DNA of 64,000 bases from Gammaproteobacteria bacterium (GTDB lineage Bacteria > Pseudomonadota > Gammaproteobacteria > UBA4575), in NCBI GenBank assembly GCA_965222615.1, contig CBDCUI010000009.1, positions 928,001 to 992,000 on the forward strand, written 5' to 3'. The notes beneath the pieces were generated by a model. The model ran no database searches and was not told the DNA's origin. It was given only the letters and a program-made list of their open reading frames with translations. The translations under genes were made by a program, and so were the position numbers. Each line of letters starts with the position of its first letter. The stretch's first letter is position 1. Below, piece after piece: positions 20,001-30,416 of the stretch.

Positions 20001-21911
20001 CTAATGGCCGCGGTGCGCGCTTTCTTCGATAAACATTTGAGTAATAGTACTCATATCCATCGATCCCAGGTCTTTACCACTGCGCGTACGAACGGCCAAC
20101 TGATTCGCGGTGACTTCACGATCACCTGCCACTAACATATAAGGTATATGGGCAAGTGTGTGCTCGCGAATCTTAAAGCCAATCTTCTCATTTCTCAAGT
20201 CAGAAATGACTCTGAACCCTTGATTTTTAAGCGTTTCTTGCATCGAACCGACATAATCCGCTTGTCGATCGGTAATATTAAGCAAAACGGCTTGCGTCGG
20301 AGCAAGCCAAAACGGCAAGTCACCCGCATAGTTTTCAATAAGAATCCCAATAAATCGCTCCAATGAACCCAAAATGGCGCGGTGGATCATTACTGGAACT
20401 TGACGCGTTCCATCCTCAGCAACATAAGTGGCATCCAAGCGCCCAGGCATGGAAAAATCAACTTGGATAGTCCCACATTGCCATATACGCCCAATGCAAT
20501 CATGTAGCGTGAATTCAATCTTAGGACCGTAAAACGCACCTTCACCAGGTTGTAATTTGTATTCGAGACCTTGGTTTTTAAAGGCCATCTCTAGAGCTTC
20601 TTCGGCCTCATCCCAAAGCTTATCTTCTCCAACACGTTGTTCAGGTCTGGTTGAAAGCGCAAGCTCAATATCTTTGAAACCAAAATCATTATATACATCG
20701 AAAGTAAGTTGAATCAGTTCCGCTACTTCTTGTTGTAACTGTTCGCGCGTACAAAATATATGCGCATCATCTTGTACAAAGCGACGACAGCGCATCAAAC
20801 CATGCAATGTGCCTGAGGGTTCGTTGCGATGCACCAAGCCAAATTCAGAAAGCTTAAGGGGCAAATCGCGATAACTTTTTAAGCCTTGATTATAAATTTG
20901 CACATGCCCTGGACAGTTCATAGGTTTAATTGCGTACTCACGATTTTCAGATTGCGTAGCAAAAATCATGTCACCAAATTTATCCCAGTGACCAGATTTC
21001 TCCCATAATTTACGATCAAGTACTTGCGGAGTTAACACCTCTTGATAACCATGTTCGCGTATCTTATTACGTATATAGGTTTCAACTAGCCGATACAATG
21101 TAAACCCGCGGTCATGCCAAAATACCATTCCAGGCGCTTCATCCTGAAAATGAAACAAATCCATTTGCTTACCCAATTTTCGATGATCACGTTTTTCCGC
21201 TTCTTCTAACTGAGTTAAATAGGCCTTAAGTTGTTTTTTATCTGCCCAAGCTGTGCCATAAATACGCTGCAACATTTTGTTATTGGAATCACCGCGCCAA
21301 TAGGCGCCAGCAAGCTTGGTTAACTTAAAAGCACGCAAGTGCTTAGTGTTAGGGACATGTGGTCCTCGACACATGTCGGTGTATTCTTGATGATGATATA
21401 ACGCAATGATTTCATCATCTGGAATCTCAGATGCAATTTCGACTTTGTAATCTTCATCGCGGCCTTTGAATGTATCTACGGCTTTTTCTCGACTAACCAC
21501 TTCACGAATCACATCATAATCTTGCTTAATCAATTCCTGCATGCGTTTTTCAATAGCTTCTAAATCCTCTGGCGTAAAGGGACGTTCATATTCAATGTCA
21601 TAATAAAATCCATTTTCAATGACCGGGCCGATGGCCATCTTGGCAGTAGGATAAAGTTGCTTAATGGCATGCCCCATTAAATGCGCAAAAGAGTGGCGAA
21701 TAATATCGACCCCATCAGGATCCTTATTAGTAACGATCTCAACATTGGCATCGTCGGTGATATCGACACAGGCATCGGCAAGTTGGCCATTGATGCGCCC
21801 AGCAATAGTCGCCTTGGCAAGCCCAGGACCAATGGATTCCGCAACTTGTTGGATGGTTACAGGATGAGAAAATTCTTTTTGAGTTCCGTCAGGGAGGGTA
21901 ATGGTTGGCAT
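20001..21911 (-). CDS. thrS: Threonine-tRNA ligase
   Basis: TGS domain [39 protein letters not shown]. Confidence 0.98.
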   Translation of the reverse strand: MPTITLPDGTQKEFSHPVTIQQVAESIGPGLAKATIAGRINGQLADACVDITDDANVEIVTNKDPDGVDIIRHSFAHLMGHAIKQLYPTAKMAIGPVIENGFYYDIEYERPFTPEDLEAIEKRMQELIKQDYDVIREVVSREKAVDTFKGRDEDYKVEIASEIPDDEIIALYHHQEYTDMCRGPHVPNTKHLRAFKLTKLAGAYWRGDSNNKMLQRIYGTAWADKKQLKAYLTQLEEAEKRDHRKLGKQMDLFHFQDEAPGMVFWHDRGFTLYRLVETYIRNKIREHGYQEVLTPQVLDRKLWEKSGHWDKFGDMIFATQSENREYAIKPMNCPGHVQIYNQGLKSYRDLPLKLSEFGLVHRNEPSGTLHGLMRCRRFVQDDAHIFCTREQLQQEVAELIQLTFDVYNDFGFKDIELALSTRPEQRVGEDKLWDEAEEALEMAFKNQGLEYKLQPGEGAFYGPKIEFTLHDCIGRIWQCGTIQVDFSMPGRLDATYVAEDGTRQVPVMIHRAILGSLERFIGILIENYAGDLPFWLAPTQAVLLNITDRQADYVGSMQETLKNQGFRVISDLRNEKIGFKIREHTLAHIPYMLVAGDREVTANQLAVRTRSGKDLGSMDMSTITQMFIEESAHRGH

Positions 21912-21930
21912 TCTATTTCCTTTGTCAGTG

Positions 21931-21951
21931 GTGACCTATACCAAGGGCCAC
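21931..21951 (-). promoter_or_regulatory. thrS translational operator (tRNA-Thr anticodon-arm mimic)
   Basis: mRNA GUGGCC-C-UUGGUAU-A-GGUCAC just upstream of the SD; GGU Thr-anticodon-like triplet in the loop, same layout as the E. coli thrS operator. Confidence 0.75.
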
Positions 21952-22082
21952 ATGTCAGAATGTCTCTTTTGTTCTAATACGGCATTGCAGTTATTTTTGT
22001 GAAGCTCATTTACCTACTTGTAAACTTCACTTCCTAAAAATTCCCGCGCCTTGTATAGGAACAAACAAACTATTCTGATAAT
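21952..22082. repeat. Second, more degenerate palindromic MITE-like element of the 18741 family, opposite orientation
   Basis: Core GCTCATTTACCTACTTGTAAACTTC is the reverse complement of the (G)AGTTTAC..GTAAATGAG core; imperfect terminal IRs TCAGAAT..TTGTTC / GAACAA..ATTCTGA. Confidence 0.6.
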
Positions 22083-22250
22083 TAGTCAAAAAAGTTGGTG
22101 CAATTGTAAAGCTTCGGTTGCGAACACTCCACCCCATTCACCCGTTGAATGTCCATTACCAGCTGCCAAAAGCAGACTTTTGATTAATTTTATGAGCGCA
22201 AACTGATCATACCCTGGTTTGGTGGAGTCCAAGAAAGAGGATGGTTTAGT

Positions 22251-23114
22251 TTAACTGCTTGCATGTTGTCGTTCAAATTGTACAGGTGTTAAGTAATTCA
22301 AGTAACTGTGTCTACGCTGTCGATTGTAAAAAATCTCTATATATTCAAAGATACTGCGTTTAGCTTGTTCGCGTGTTTTATACTGACAATGATGAGTCAG
22401 CTCTGTCTTTAGTGTATGAAAGAAACTCTCCATCGCTGCATTATCTAAACAATTGCCTTTACGGCTCATACTACAAGTCATGCGATGGTCTTTCAGTAGT
22501 TGATGATATTCAGAGGTGCGATATTCCATGCCTTGATCCGAGTGAATCAGTAAGTCTCGTTTGCGTGAGCGTTGACTTAAAGCCATCCTAAGCGCATCCA
22601 ACGTTAAGTGTTTATTACGTTTGTCTGACATCGACCAACCAATGATTTTTCTAGAAAATAAATCCATAATCACTGCGACATATAACCAACCGGCCCGAGT
22701 GGGCACATAGGTGTAATCGGATACCCAGCGTTGATTCGTGTGTTGCGCAGAGAAGTCACGTTGCAATTGATTGGTTTCTATATGTTCAAACGTCTTACCT
22801 CGCTTGCTTCGCTCCCATAAACATTTCATGCGCGTCTTTAACCCGGCTTGCTTCATCAAGCGTGCCACACGATGTTTGCCACATGGAACACCTGAGGCGT
22901 TCAGCTCAGCATGAATTCTAGGATAACCGTATGTCTGTCTTGAAGATTGATGAATATCGATAATCAGCTTCAGCAATTGTCGATTGGCTTTAGTACGCGC
23001 ACTCATCGGCCGATCTCGCCATGCATAGTAACCACTCTCAGAGACTTGCAGTGCACGACATATCCAAGCAATTGGATAATCATGGCGATGCTGATGAACC
23101 CACTCAAACTTCAT
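22251..23114 (-). CDS. IS3 OrfB DDE transposase
   Basis: WVSDYTY, IMDLFSRKIIGW, HSDQG, DNAAMESFF.TLK.E. Confidence 0.95.
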   Translation of the reverse strand: MKFEWVHQHRHDYPIAWICRALQVSESGYYAWRDRPMSARTKANRQLLKLIIDIHQSSRQTYGYPRIHAELNASGVPCGKHRVARLMKQAGLKTRMKCLWERSKRGKTFEHIETNQLQRDFSAQHTNQRWVSDYTYVPTRAGWLYVAVIMDLFSRKIIGWSMSDKRNKHLTLDALRMALSQRSRKRDLLIHSDQGMEYRTSEYHQLLKDHRMTCSMSRKGNCLDNAAMESFFHTLKTELTHHCQYKTREQAKRSIFEYIEIFYNRQRRHSYLNYLTPVQFERQHASS

Positions 23115-23407
23115 TCCGATAGCTTGGTGAAGTGGTGGGTCGCTTTTTTTAAAATCTCATTCTCTGCACGCAAACGTTCGTTCTCTTTACGCAGTTTCGT
23201 TAATTGCGCAGCTTCACCACTTTGTTGACCTTTACCAGGAAAGGAATCTTCGCCTTTAATGGCCAATTGCTCTTTCCATTTGTATATTTGATTGACGCGA
23301 ATACCAAGTTCACGCGCCACTTGAGTGACTGATTGGTCACTTTCTTCCGCTAATCGAATCGCTTCTAACTTAAATTCTTTTGTGTATTGACGATATTGTC
23401 GTGGCAT
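23111..23407 (-). CDS. IS3 OrfA (HTH + leucine zipper)
   Basis: YTKEFKLEAI...VARELGI...LRKENERLRAENEILKKA; A7G slippery site near the end. Confidence 0.95.
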   Translation of the reverse strand: MPRQYRQYTKEFKLEAIRLAEESDQSVTQVARELGIRVNQIYKWKEQLAIKGEDSFPGKGQQSGEAAQLTKLRKENERLRAENEILKKATHHFTKLSE

Positions 23408-23482
23408 TGAGTTCTCCTTATCAGGGTAGTTTAACCCCTTTCAAGAACTCCATTAAACCGGGGGAAGATCAAACACTTGCTC

Positions 23483-23890
23483 TCATATAAATAAACTCAA
23501 ATATTCACTCTTCTCTCCATAAACGACTTTTATCAATTTCAAGCTAATATCACTCACACCTTTAATATAAGGTCTTTTTACCATGCTCTCAATTTCGTGT
23601 CTGCTTACAAACGGCCGCAATAAAAGTAATCCAATTAAAGTGCCAAAAATCATCCCAATAATGAATATAAAAAGAACGATGGGAAGTAGAACAAATAACT
23701 CAAAAAAACTTGGTTGATGTGGTTCTTCAATGGGTATTCCAATTATTGGCTCTATGACAAAAAAGATAAAAAGAAGCATTAATAATGTTCCAAATAATAT
23801 TGCACAAGAAAGTAATATCCATTTTGCTAGGCTTTCTTTTTTTTCATAACTCATTCTTGTGAAACTAACTGTCGTCTTTGCATCATCCAT
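23483..23890 (-). CDS. Hypothetical membrane protein (two TM helices)
   Basis: 135-aa ORF with two long hydrophobic stretches; no family recognised. Confidence 0.55.
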   Translation of the reverse strand: MDDAKTTVSFTRMSYEKKESLAKWILLSCAILFGTLLMLLFIFFVIEPIIGIPIEEPHQPSFFELFVLLPIVLFIFIIGMIFGTLIGLLLLRPFVSRHEIESMVKRPYIKGVSDISLKLIKVVYGEKSEYLSLFI

Positions 23891-23918
23891 GATGTTGTTT
23901 TAAGGGTATCTATTATGT

Positions 23919-24050
23919 GTAGCTGCGCTACCATTAATTTGCGGGTAATAGCCACCCGCATTGTATAGCTTACGCTATTCTTAATTTGCGTAAGAATATA
24001 TACACGGAATTGCTATGCAATACTCAATCTGCGTGTAGTACCTACACGCA
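23919..24050. repeat. Tandem array of three hairpin+TTAATTTGCG-type units (period 44-46 bp)
   Basis: GTAGC-TGC-GCTAC-CATTAATTTGCG; ATAGC-TTAC-GCTAT-TCTTAATTTGCG; ATTGC-TAT-GCAAT-ACTCAATCTGCG. Confidence 0.7.
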
Positions 24051-24069
24051 AAGGTCCCACACGCAAGGG

Positions 24070-24162
24070 TGGTAGGCGCGATCGGTGAGAACCGTGAGGC
24101 TGCAGGCTAATAAAAAATATTATATCACTCAGGCCTCGCACACTTTACCTCTACCATGTCAA
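24070..24162 (-). repeat. Interrupted duplicate of the tRNA-Val 3' half (att-like site)
   Basis: TGGTAGGCGCGATCGG (24070-24085) and ACCTCTACCATGTCAA (24147-24162) each match the tRNA-Val gene exactly; separated by a 61-bp insert. Confidence 0.85.
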
Positions 24163-24220
24163 AATTGCGCTTGGAATCGCGCATGAATTTGAATTCTATC
24201 AACTTTCATCTAAAACACTA

Positions 24221-24263
24221 TGTGTGATTTTGAGTGATTATGAGTGATTTTGGATGACTTTGA
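24221..24263. repeat. Tandem 10-bp repeats next to the att-like site
   Basis: TGTGTGATTT TGAGTGATTA TGAGTGATTT TGGATGACTT. Confidence 0.6.
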
Positions 24264-24323
24264 TATAAATTAACTTAAACAATTTTAAGATTGTTTCGGG
24301 CCACATTAATAGCCATTAATAAT

Positions 24324-26105
24324 TTATTTTTGACTAAATTGCGTAGTTAGATAACCACCTAGTTTTTTTACAAAATCCCAGACATCATTTTGCTGCACAT
24401 TATTCTCACGGATATATCGAGCAGCTTCATTTGCCCATGCCCATTTATTCTTTTTCTTTGATGCACTAATACCACATCCTACCAACCATTCTTCAAGTTC
24501 CCCAAATGGGACCATAAATATTCCATGATTTTGAAGTTCCACAAGTAACTTCTCTAACGGATCTTTGATATGTTTAGGTAGAGATAATATTCCACCATCT
24601 TTTAAAGCTCTCATTCCATTTAATGAATTACTTAAGCTGTTAAGCTCTGGTCTGAGTGTTTTATCATTACCTTCACTCCAGTCGTAATTCTGATCAGCTA
24701 ACTCTTTTAGTTTTGCAACTGTTTCTTGTTCACTGATCGTTGGCGGTAGTAACCTTATTTGCTCGCTAATTTCATTTATTCTTTTAATGTAGCCATCCAC
24801 AACTTGTGTATCATCACAGAGACTTTTAAGAATCCGTTTTATTTTCTCTTTATCAACAAGAACATCTAAGTCAGCAATGATTGCAACTGGAATACCAAGA
24901 ACTCGATAAAGTTGGCATGTATCAGCTATCCCTCCCGTTCCACCAACTGTGGCAAAATGTATATCAAAATTATTTTCCGCTCCAACCTTATCCCAAGTGG
25001 CTTGATATACAATTCGATCTCCATCTCCTTCCACGATAGTAACTGCTTGAGAGAAAATACCATCGAGAACTGTTTCTGCTCTAACTGTTGGCTTCTTCAT
25101 AGCATCCATAAGCACATCAGAATCTACGAGTTTTGCATCAAATACATTTGTAACTTTAGAAAGTCTTACTATCTTTAATTTATCAGCAGTTTGGATGACA
25201 CCGCGGAGCACATGACTACTATGTGTCGCAACAAAAGTGGCAGTATCTAAAGATGTTGCATGTTCACCAATAAATTGGCCAAGACTGTAGGCCTGAGGTG
25301 GATGAAGACACATTTCAGGTTCGTCAATTACACATACAGGTCGACGGCCAAGTAAAATTGAAATGCATGTAGCAACATACGATTTCATTCCATCACCTTC
25401 ATCTTCTATTGTCCTAAATTTAGACATCTTTTTTACAGAGTGGCGATCTTCTGCGCTAGGTAATTCATTTTCTTGACCTATGCGCAAACATAAAATACTT
25501 CCTCTAGAAATATCAGACCAAATTGCTTTAGAGAAAGCGCGTTTAATTTCTTTAGTTAAAGATTCGCGAGCCAAGTCATTTAGATGCAATGCATGAAGAT
25601 CTTGTTGTGGTGGTTGTTGCTGATAATCAATATTGTTTACTGATTTAAGAGCTGTTAATCGATTTTCTAGAAATAGAGCAGAAACAAGAAATGGTGAATA
25701 CCAGTTAAGCAACTCATTCCTTCGCTTTCCTCGTGATGGTTGCCTAAAAGTAGTATTCCATTGCTCTGCTTGATTAGACTGGATATTTTGTCCTGGTTGC
25801 CCCATACCTAATAAAGGCGTCTGTGGAATATACTGCTCTTGATCATTATCGTCGAAGAAACTGGATATATGGCCTTCCGCTTTGAGACAACTAATAAATG
25901 GTTGAAGCTCTGGTGCCTCTATTTCTATATCTGTTGCTACAACTAAATCCCTTATTTCACCAGCAACTCGAGCTTTGATATCACGGAGAAGCTGAGTCTT
26001 TCCAGATGAGTTAGAACCAACAATTACTGTCAAACCAGAACAGTCTAATTCTCCCAAGCCAGGTATCACTACTCGTTTAAGTGGTTTGAAATCGTTTAAT
26101 TTCAT
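24324..26105 (-). CDS. OLD-family ABC-ATPase/TOPRIM nuclease (stand-alone)
   Basis: Walker A GSNSSGKT, Walker B VIDEPEMCLHP, H-loop ATHS, TOPRIM IVEGDGD and IADLD. Confidence 0.85.
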   Translation of the reverse strand: MKLNDFKPLKRVVIPGLGELDCSGLTVIVGSNSSGKTQLLRDIKARVAGEIRDLVVATDIEIEAPELQPFISCLKAEGHISSFFDDNDQEQYIPQTPLLGMGQPGQNIQSNQAEQWNTTFRQPSRGKRRNELLNWYSPFLVSALFLENRLTALKSVNNIDYQQQPPQQDLHALHLNDLARESLTKEIKRAFSKAIWSDISRGSILCLRIGQENELPSAEDRHSVKKMSKFRTIEDEGDGMKSYVATCISILLGRRPVCVIDEPEMCLHPPQAYSLGQFIGEHATSLDTATFVATHSSHVLRGVIQTADKLKIVRLSKVTNVFDAKLVDSDVLMDAMKKPTVRAETVLDGIFSQAVTIVEGDGDRIVYQATWDKVGAENNFDIHFATVGGTGGIADTCQLYRVLGIPVAIIADLDVLVDKEKIKRILKSLCDDTQVVDGYIKRINEISEQIRLLPPTISEQETVAKLKELADQNYDWSEGNDKTLRPELNSLSNSLNGMRALKDGGILSLPKHIKDPLEKLLVELQNHGIFMVPFGELEEWLVGCGISASKKKNKWAWANEAARYIRENNVQQNDVWDFVKKLGGYLTTQFSQK

Positions 26106-26395
26106 TTATCAGCTTTGGTGTGGATGGAACATATAAATTCAGACTTTATTAGCTAAACATTATCTTCATAAATCTTACATTATCGAACAGTAGGTTAGGG
26201 GATTTCTGGCATGAATAGTTTTCAAGGTGGCGCTCTTCTTAGTTTCTCATTTAATTTGCATTAGCGTAAATGTAAGACATTGAAAATTAAGAGGGCTAAA
26301 GTCTGAAGGCTTACAGACTTTTTTATGTAGACACAAATGTTGTGTCCACTCGTTTTATGTAAGGTTTTTTAATCTATTGAATAAATTGAAGTTAC

Positions 26396-26472
<77 letters not shown>

Positions 26473-26534
26473 ACTAAAGTACAACAAATTATCATAGTTC
26501 CGATTAACGTGGTACCACGAAGCTTCTCTTGAAA

Positions 26535-26735
26535 CCCCATCCAACTTGGTGAGTAACATCGAAAGCAACGGCAGGTAAAACAACCAGGGATGGTTGTTTT
26601 AGACATGTTGCGCCTGGATGGCGTCATCATGCCGACCAACGTTGTTCGCTGTTGCGAACGTATCTGCAGGACAAGTTGGTAGGGTGTCTTTTCTTTTGGT
26701 TCGTTTTCTTTGGACAAGCAAAGAAAATGAACAAC
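26535..26735. repeat. Multi-hairpin intergenic element (MITE- or ncRNA-like)
   Basis: CCAACTTG...CAAGTTGG enclosing AAAACAACC-AGGGAT-GGTTGTTTT, CGCC-TGGAT-GGCG and GTTCGC-TGTT-GCGAAC; followed by TTTTCTTTG-GACAAG-CAAAGAAAA. Confidence 0.55.
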
Positions 26736-26770
26736 TTAACCTGATGAATTCTAATCAATGAACTGAACGT

Positions 26771-27007
26771 TCATTTCTTGCGGGAATCAATTTTATGACT
26801 TTTCATTAATTCAAAAATTCCATATGCAATTATTAGTATCCCAATTAATATTGATATTAGATGAAAAGATCCAAATGCACCTTCCGAAGAAAATTTATCT
26901 CCCCATAGATAGTTCGATTCTCGCCAATTTTCAACTGTAAAATAAATCAAAATAAAACCTATGAAAATAATCACCCAAGGCTTAATCATTACAAAAACTT
27001 CTTTCAC
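26771..27007 (-). CDS. Small hypothetical membrane protein
   Basis: 78-aa ORF with two hydrophobic segments, directly after uvrB. Confidence 0.5.
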   Translation of the reverse strand: MKEVFVMIKPWVIIFIGFILIYFTVENWRESNYLWGDKFSSEGAFGSFHLISILIGILIIAYGIFELMKSHKIDSRKK

Positions 27008-27019
27008 TTTTACTGCGGA

Positions 27020-29050
27020 TTAACTAACTTTCGTCTCCGGCTTACCTAATATTATGTCTTTCAAACGAATAATCTCATCACGAATCTTAGCCGCTTCTTC
27101 AAACTCTAAATTCTTGGCATGTTCATACATTTTTTGTTCTAACTGTTTTACTTTTTTCATGCCATGTTCTGGACTCATTCGTGAGTATTCAATGACATCT
27201 TCTGCCACTTTGGCTCGTGATTTCCCCATGTCATATTCATAAGGTGTTCTTCTTGCACCTTCCATAATATCTGCAACTTTCTTTTTGATTCCTTTAGGTG
27301 TGATGTCGTGTTCTTTGTTGAACGTTATTTGTTTTTCACGACGACGATTGGTTTCTTCAATAGCGCGTTGCATAGAACCTGTGATTTGATCTGCATACAT
27401 GATGGCTTTGCCATTTAGATGGCGCGCGGCACGACCTACCGTTTGTATGAGCGAACGTTCTGAACGTAGAAAACCTTCTTTATCAGCATCTAAGATTGCC
27501 ACCAGTGATACTTCTGGAATATCTAAGCCCTCGCGCAATAAATTAATACCAACTAACACATCAAAATCGGCTTTGCGTAAACCTCGAATAATTTCTACAC
27601 GTTCAACTGTATCGATATCGGAATGCAAATAACGTACTCGCACATTATGGTCAGCCAAATACTCAGTAAGATCTTCTGCCATGCGTTTTGTCAGTGTCGT
27701 GACTAATACCCGTTCACCCAGTGCGACACGGTCATTAATCTCAGAAAGCAGATCATCAACTTGAGAAGTGACAGGACGTACTTCGATTTCTGGATCGACC
27801 AAACCGGTGGGGCGCACTACTTGCTCGGCAACGGCATCCGATTTTTCGGTCTCATAAGGACCCGGAGTTGCCGAGACATAAATCATCTGAGGTGCAAGTG
27901 CCTCAAATTCTTCAAACTTCAAAGGGCGATTATCTAATGCCGAAGGCAAACGAAACCCATATTCAACTAGAGTTTCCTTACGCGAGCGATCACCACGATA
28001 CATGCCACCAAATTGCGGTGCGGATACATGACTTTCATCCATCACCATAAGGGCATTGCTTGGCAAATAATCTAATAAACAAGGTGGAGGTTCGCCTGCA
28101 GCACGTCCTGATAAATAGCGCGAATAATTTTCTATACCGGCACAGTAGCCAATTTCTTGAATCATTTCTAAATCAAAACGCGTGCGTTGTTCCAGACGTT
28201 GTGCCTCGACTAAACGATTTGCGTTATTCAGTTCTTCAAGCCGTTCTTTTAACTCTTCTTTAATTTGCTCAATGGCATTTAATAGAATTTCTCTGGGAGT
28301 TACATAGTGCGTCTTTGGGTAGATCGTCAGTCGTGGAACGCGCCGAATTAGCTCACCTGTTAATGGATCAAAGTAACTTAGATTTTCAATTTCATCGTCA
28401 AACAGCTCTATACGAATACCTTCACGTTCGGATTCTGCCGGGTGCACATCGATGACTTCGCCATGCACTCGAAAGGTGCCACGCCGTAATTCAAAATCAT
28501 TGCGGCTGTATTGCAGTTCGGCCAGTCGTCTTAACAATTTTCGCTGATCTACACGGTCTCCACGATCCAAATGCATCACCATACCGAGGTAGGCTTTGGG
28601 GTCGCCCAGCCCATAAATAGCCGAAACCGTCGCCACAATGATAGTATCTGGTCGTTCAAATAATGCTTTAGTAGCGGATAGACGCATTTGCTCGATGTGA
28701 TCATTTACTGAGGCATCTTTTTCGATAAAGGTATCGCTAGAGGGTACATAGGCCTCGGGCTGGTAATAGTCGTAATACGAAACAAAATACTCCACCGCAT
28801 TACTTGGGAAAAACTCCTTCATCTCTCCATATAATTGGGCAGCTAGAGTTTTATTGGGCGCCAAAATTATGGTTGGTCGCTGCACTTGTTCAATCACGTT
28901 AGCAATTGTGAAAGTCTTGCCCGATCCTGTGACACCTAACAAGGTTTGATGGGCCAGACCATCATTGAGTCCTTCTACTAGTGTTTGAATGGCGGTGGGT
29001 TGGTCTCCTGCCGGTGCAAACTTTGTATTAATTTGAAAATTTTCCACCAT
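27020..29050 (-). CDS. uvrB: Excinuclease ABC subunit B
   Basis: [36 protein letters not shown]-terminal UVR domain; likely start ATG 29050. Confidence 0.98.
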   Translation of the reverse strand: MVENFQINTKFAPAGDQPTAIQTLVEGLNDGLAHQTLLGVTGSGKTFTIANVIEQVQRPTIILAPNKTLAAQLYGEMKEFFPSNAVEYFVSYYDYYQPEAYVPSSDTFIEKDASVNDHIEQMRLSATKALFERPDTIIVATVSAIYGLGDPKAYLGMVMHLDRGDRVDQRKLLRRLAELQYSRNDFELRRGTFRVHGEVIDVHPAESEREGIRIELFDDEIENLSYFDPLTGELIRRVPRLTIYPKTHYVTPREILLNAIEQIKEELKERLEELNNANRLVEAQRLEQRTRFDLEMIQEIGYCAGIENYSRYLSGRAAGEPPPCLLDYLPSNALMVMDESHVSAPQFGGMYRGDRSRKETLVEYGFRLPSALDNRPLKFEEFEALAPQMIYVSATPGPYETEKSDAVAEQVVRPTGLVDPEIEVRPVTSQVDDLLSEINDRVALGERVLVTTLTKRMAEDLTEYLADHNVRVRYLHSDIDTVERVEIIRGLRKADFDVLVGINLLREGLDIPEVSLVAILDADKEGFLRSERSLIQTVGRAARHLNGKAIMYADQITGSMQRAIEETNRRREKQITFNKEHDITPKGIKKKVADIMEGARRTPYEYDMGKSRAKVAEDVIEYSRMSPEHGMKKVKQLEQKMYEHAKNLEFEEAAKIRDEIIRLKDIILGKPETKVS

Positions 29051-29157
29051 ATCTATCTCTTTTTGGCTTATCTCTTTTAGCAAATTCCCGTATGATAGCC
29101 CGCCGCTGTAGAGTAGCCATTATCAAATCATCCAATAACTAACTAGGGAAAACTTCT

Positions 29158-30336
29158 TTGAAAAGTTCATTAGCGGATCGTGTCTCACGCATCAAGCCAT
29201 CTGTCACTTTAGCCATAACTGCTAGAGCAAATCAAATTCGCGCAGACGGCGGTGATATTTTGAATTTGGCGGCTGGCGAACCCGATTTTGACACCCCTGA
29301 ATTTATAAAAGAGGGCGCCCATGCAGCAATGCAAGCGGGTAAAACCAAATATACACCTGTACCGGGCACCGCTACATTAAAGCAAGCAGTTATTGAAAAA
29401 TTCAAGCGAGACAATCAACTCAATTATGAACCAGATGAAGTGATGGTATCCAATGGCGGTAAACAAATATTTTATAATTTATGCCAAGCACTGCTGAATC
29501 AAGGTGATGAAGTATTAATCCCTGCGCCCTATTGGGTATCTTACCCTGATATGGCACTACTAGCTGATGGCAAACCGGTGATCATCCCTAGTAAAAATGA
29601 AAATCGATGCAAAATCACGGCAGATGATTTAGAAAAGCACATTACAGATAAAAGTAAGTTATTTGTAATAAATAGCCCTTCCAATCCATCTGGAATTGCT
29701 TATAGCCATGAGGAGTTAGATCAACTTGGTTCAGTACTTGAGAAACATGATCATGTTTATGTGATAACTGACGATATTTACGAACACATCATGTTCGGTG
29801 GTCAAAAATTTGTAAATATTCTCAATACGACGCCATCATTAAAGGACCGCACTATCATTTTAAATGGTGTTTCTAAAGTCTACTCCATGACCGGATGGCG
29901 AATTGGTTATGCCGCAGGGCCGAGTGATCTTATAAAAGCCATGACCAAGATTCAGTCACAAAGTACCTCAAACCCAAGCTCAATTTCTCAAGCTGCAGCA
30001 GAAGCCGCTTTGACAGGGGACCAAGCGTGCGTAAGTACCATGTGTAAAGCTTTTGAGGAGCGCCATGAGTATATCGTTAAGGCCTTAAACGAAATCGACG
30101 GAATTCACTGCTTATCCTGTGACGGAACTTTTTATTGCTTCCCAAATATTGAAGGCTTGATCAATAGAATTGATGGCGTATCGAATGACGTTGAGTTTGC
30201 TGAATATTTGCTTAATGAAACAGGCATGGCAGTAGTACCTGGGACAGCTTTTGGTTCACCCGGGCACATGCGTATTTCATTTGCCACCAGCATGGATGTA
30301 CTCAAAGAATCAGTTAGTCGCTTTAATAAACTTTAA
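29158..30336 (+). CDS. Class I PLP-dependent (aspartate) aminotransferase
   Basis: GEPDF, NSPSNPSG, DDIY, SKVYSMTGWRIG; divergent from uvrB. Confidence 0.93.
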   Translation: MKSSLADRVSRIKPSVTLAITARANQIRADGGDILNLAAGEPDFDTPEFIKEGAHAAMQAGKTKYTPVPGTATLKQAVIEKFKRDNQLNYEPDEVMVSNGGKQIFYNLCQALLNQGDEVLIPAPYWVSYPDMALLADGKPVIIPSKNENRCKITADDLEKHITDKSKLFVINSPSNPSGIAYSHEELDQLGSVLEKHDHVYVITDDIYEHIMFGGQKFVNILNTTPSLKDRTIILNGVSKVYSMTGWRIGYAAGPSDLIKAMTKIQSQSTSNPSSISQAAAEAALTGDQACVSTMCKAFEERHEYIVKALNEIDGIHCLSCDGTFYCFPNIEGLINRIDGVSNDVEFAEYLLNETGMAVVPGTAFGSPGHMRISFATSMDVLKESVSRFNKL

Positions 30337-30416
30337 CTATAAAAATTCAACACGCGCAAAATCGATCCCAGCACCAACTAGAATCGATTTAGTTATTTCT
30401 AAGAAGTATTGGCTAT

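Larger units (their letters stand above)
22204..23471 (-). mobile_element. IS3-family insertion sequence, 1268 bp, apparently intact
   Basis: TG...CA ends; imperfect IRs TGATCATACCCTGGTTTGGTGGAGT / TGATCTTCCCCCGGTTTAATGGAGT; 3-bp target duplication AAC at 22201-22203 and 23472-23474. Confidence 0.93.

Noticed and set aside
23919-24050. Possible CRISPR array
   Set aside because: Only three degenerate units, spacers of about 20 nt, and no cas genes or leader; kept as an unnamed repeat instead
26106-26395. Retron or Gabija context for the OLD nuclease
   Set aside because: No reverse transcriptase or UvrD-like partner is adjacent; uvrB is the core NER gene on the other side of the tRNA
29051-29157. 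LexA (SOS) box upstream of uvrB
   Set aside because: CTGT is present but there is no CTGT-N8-ACAG match
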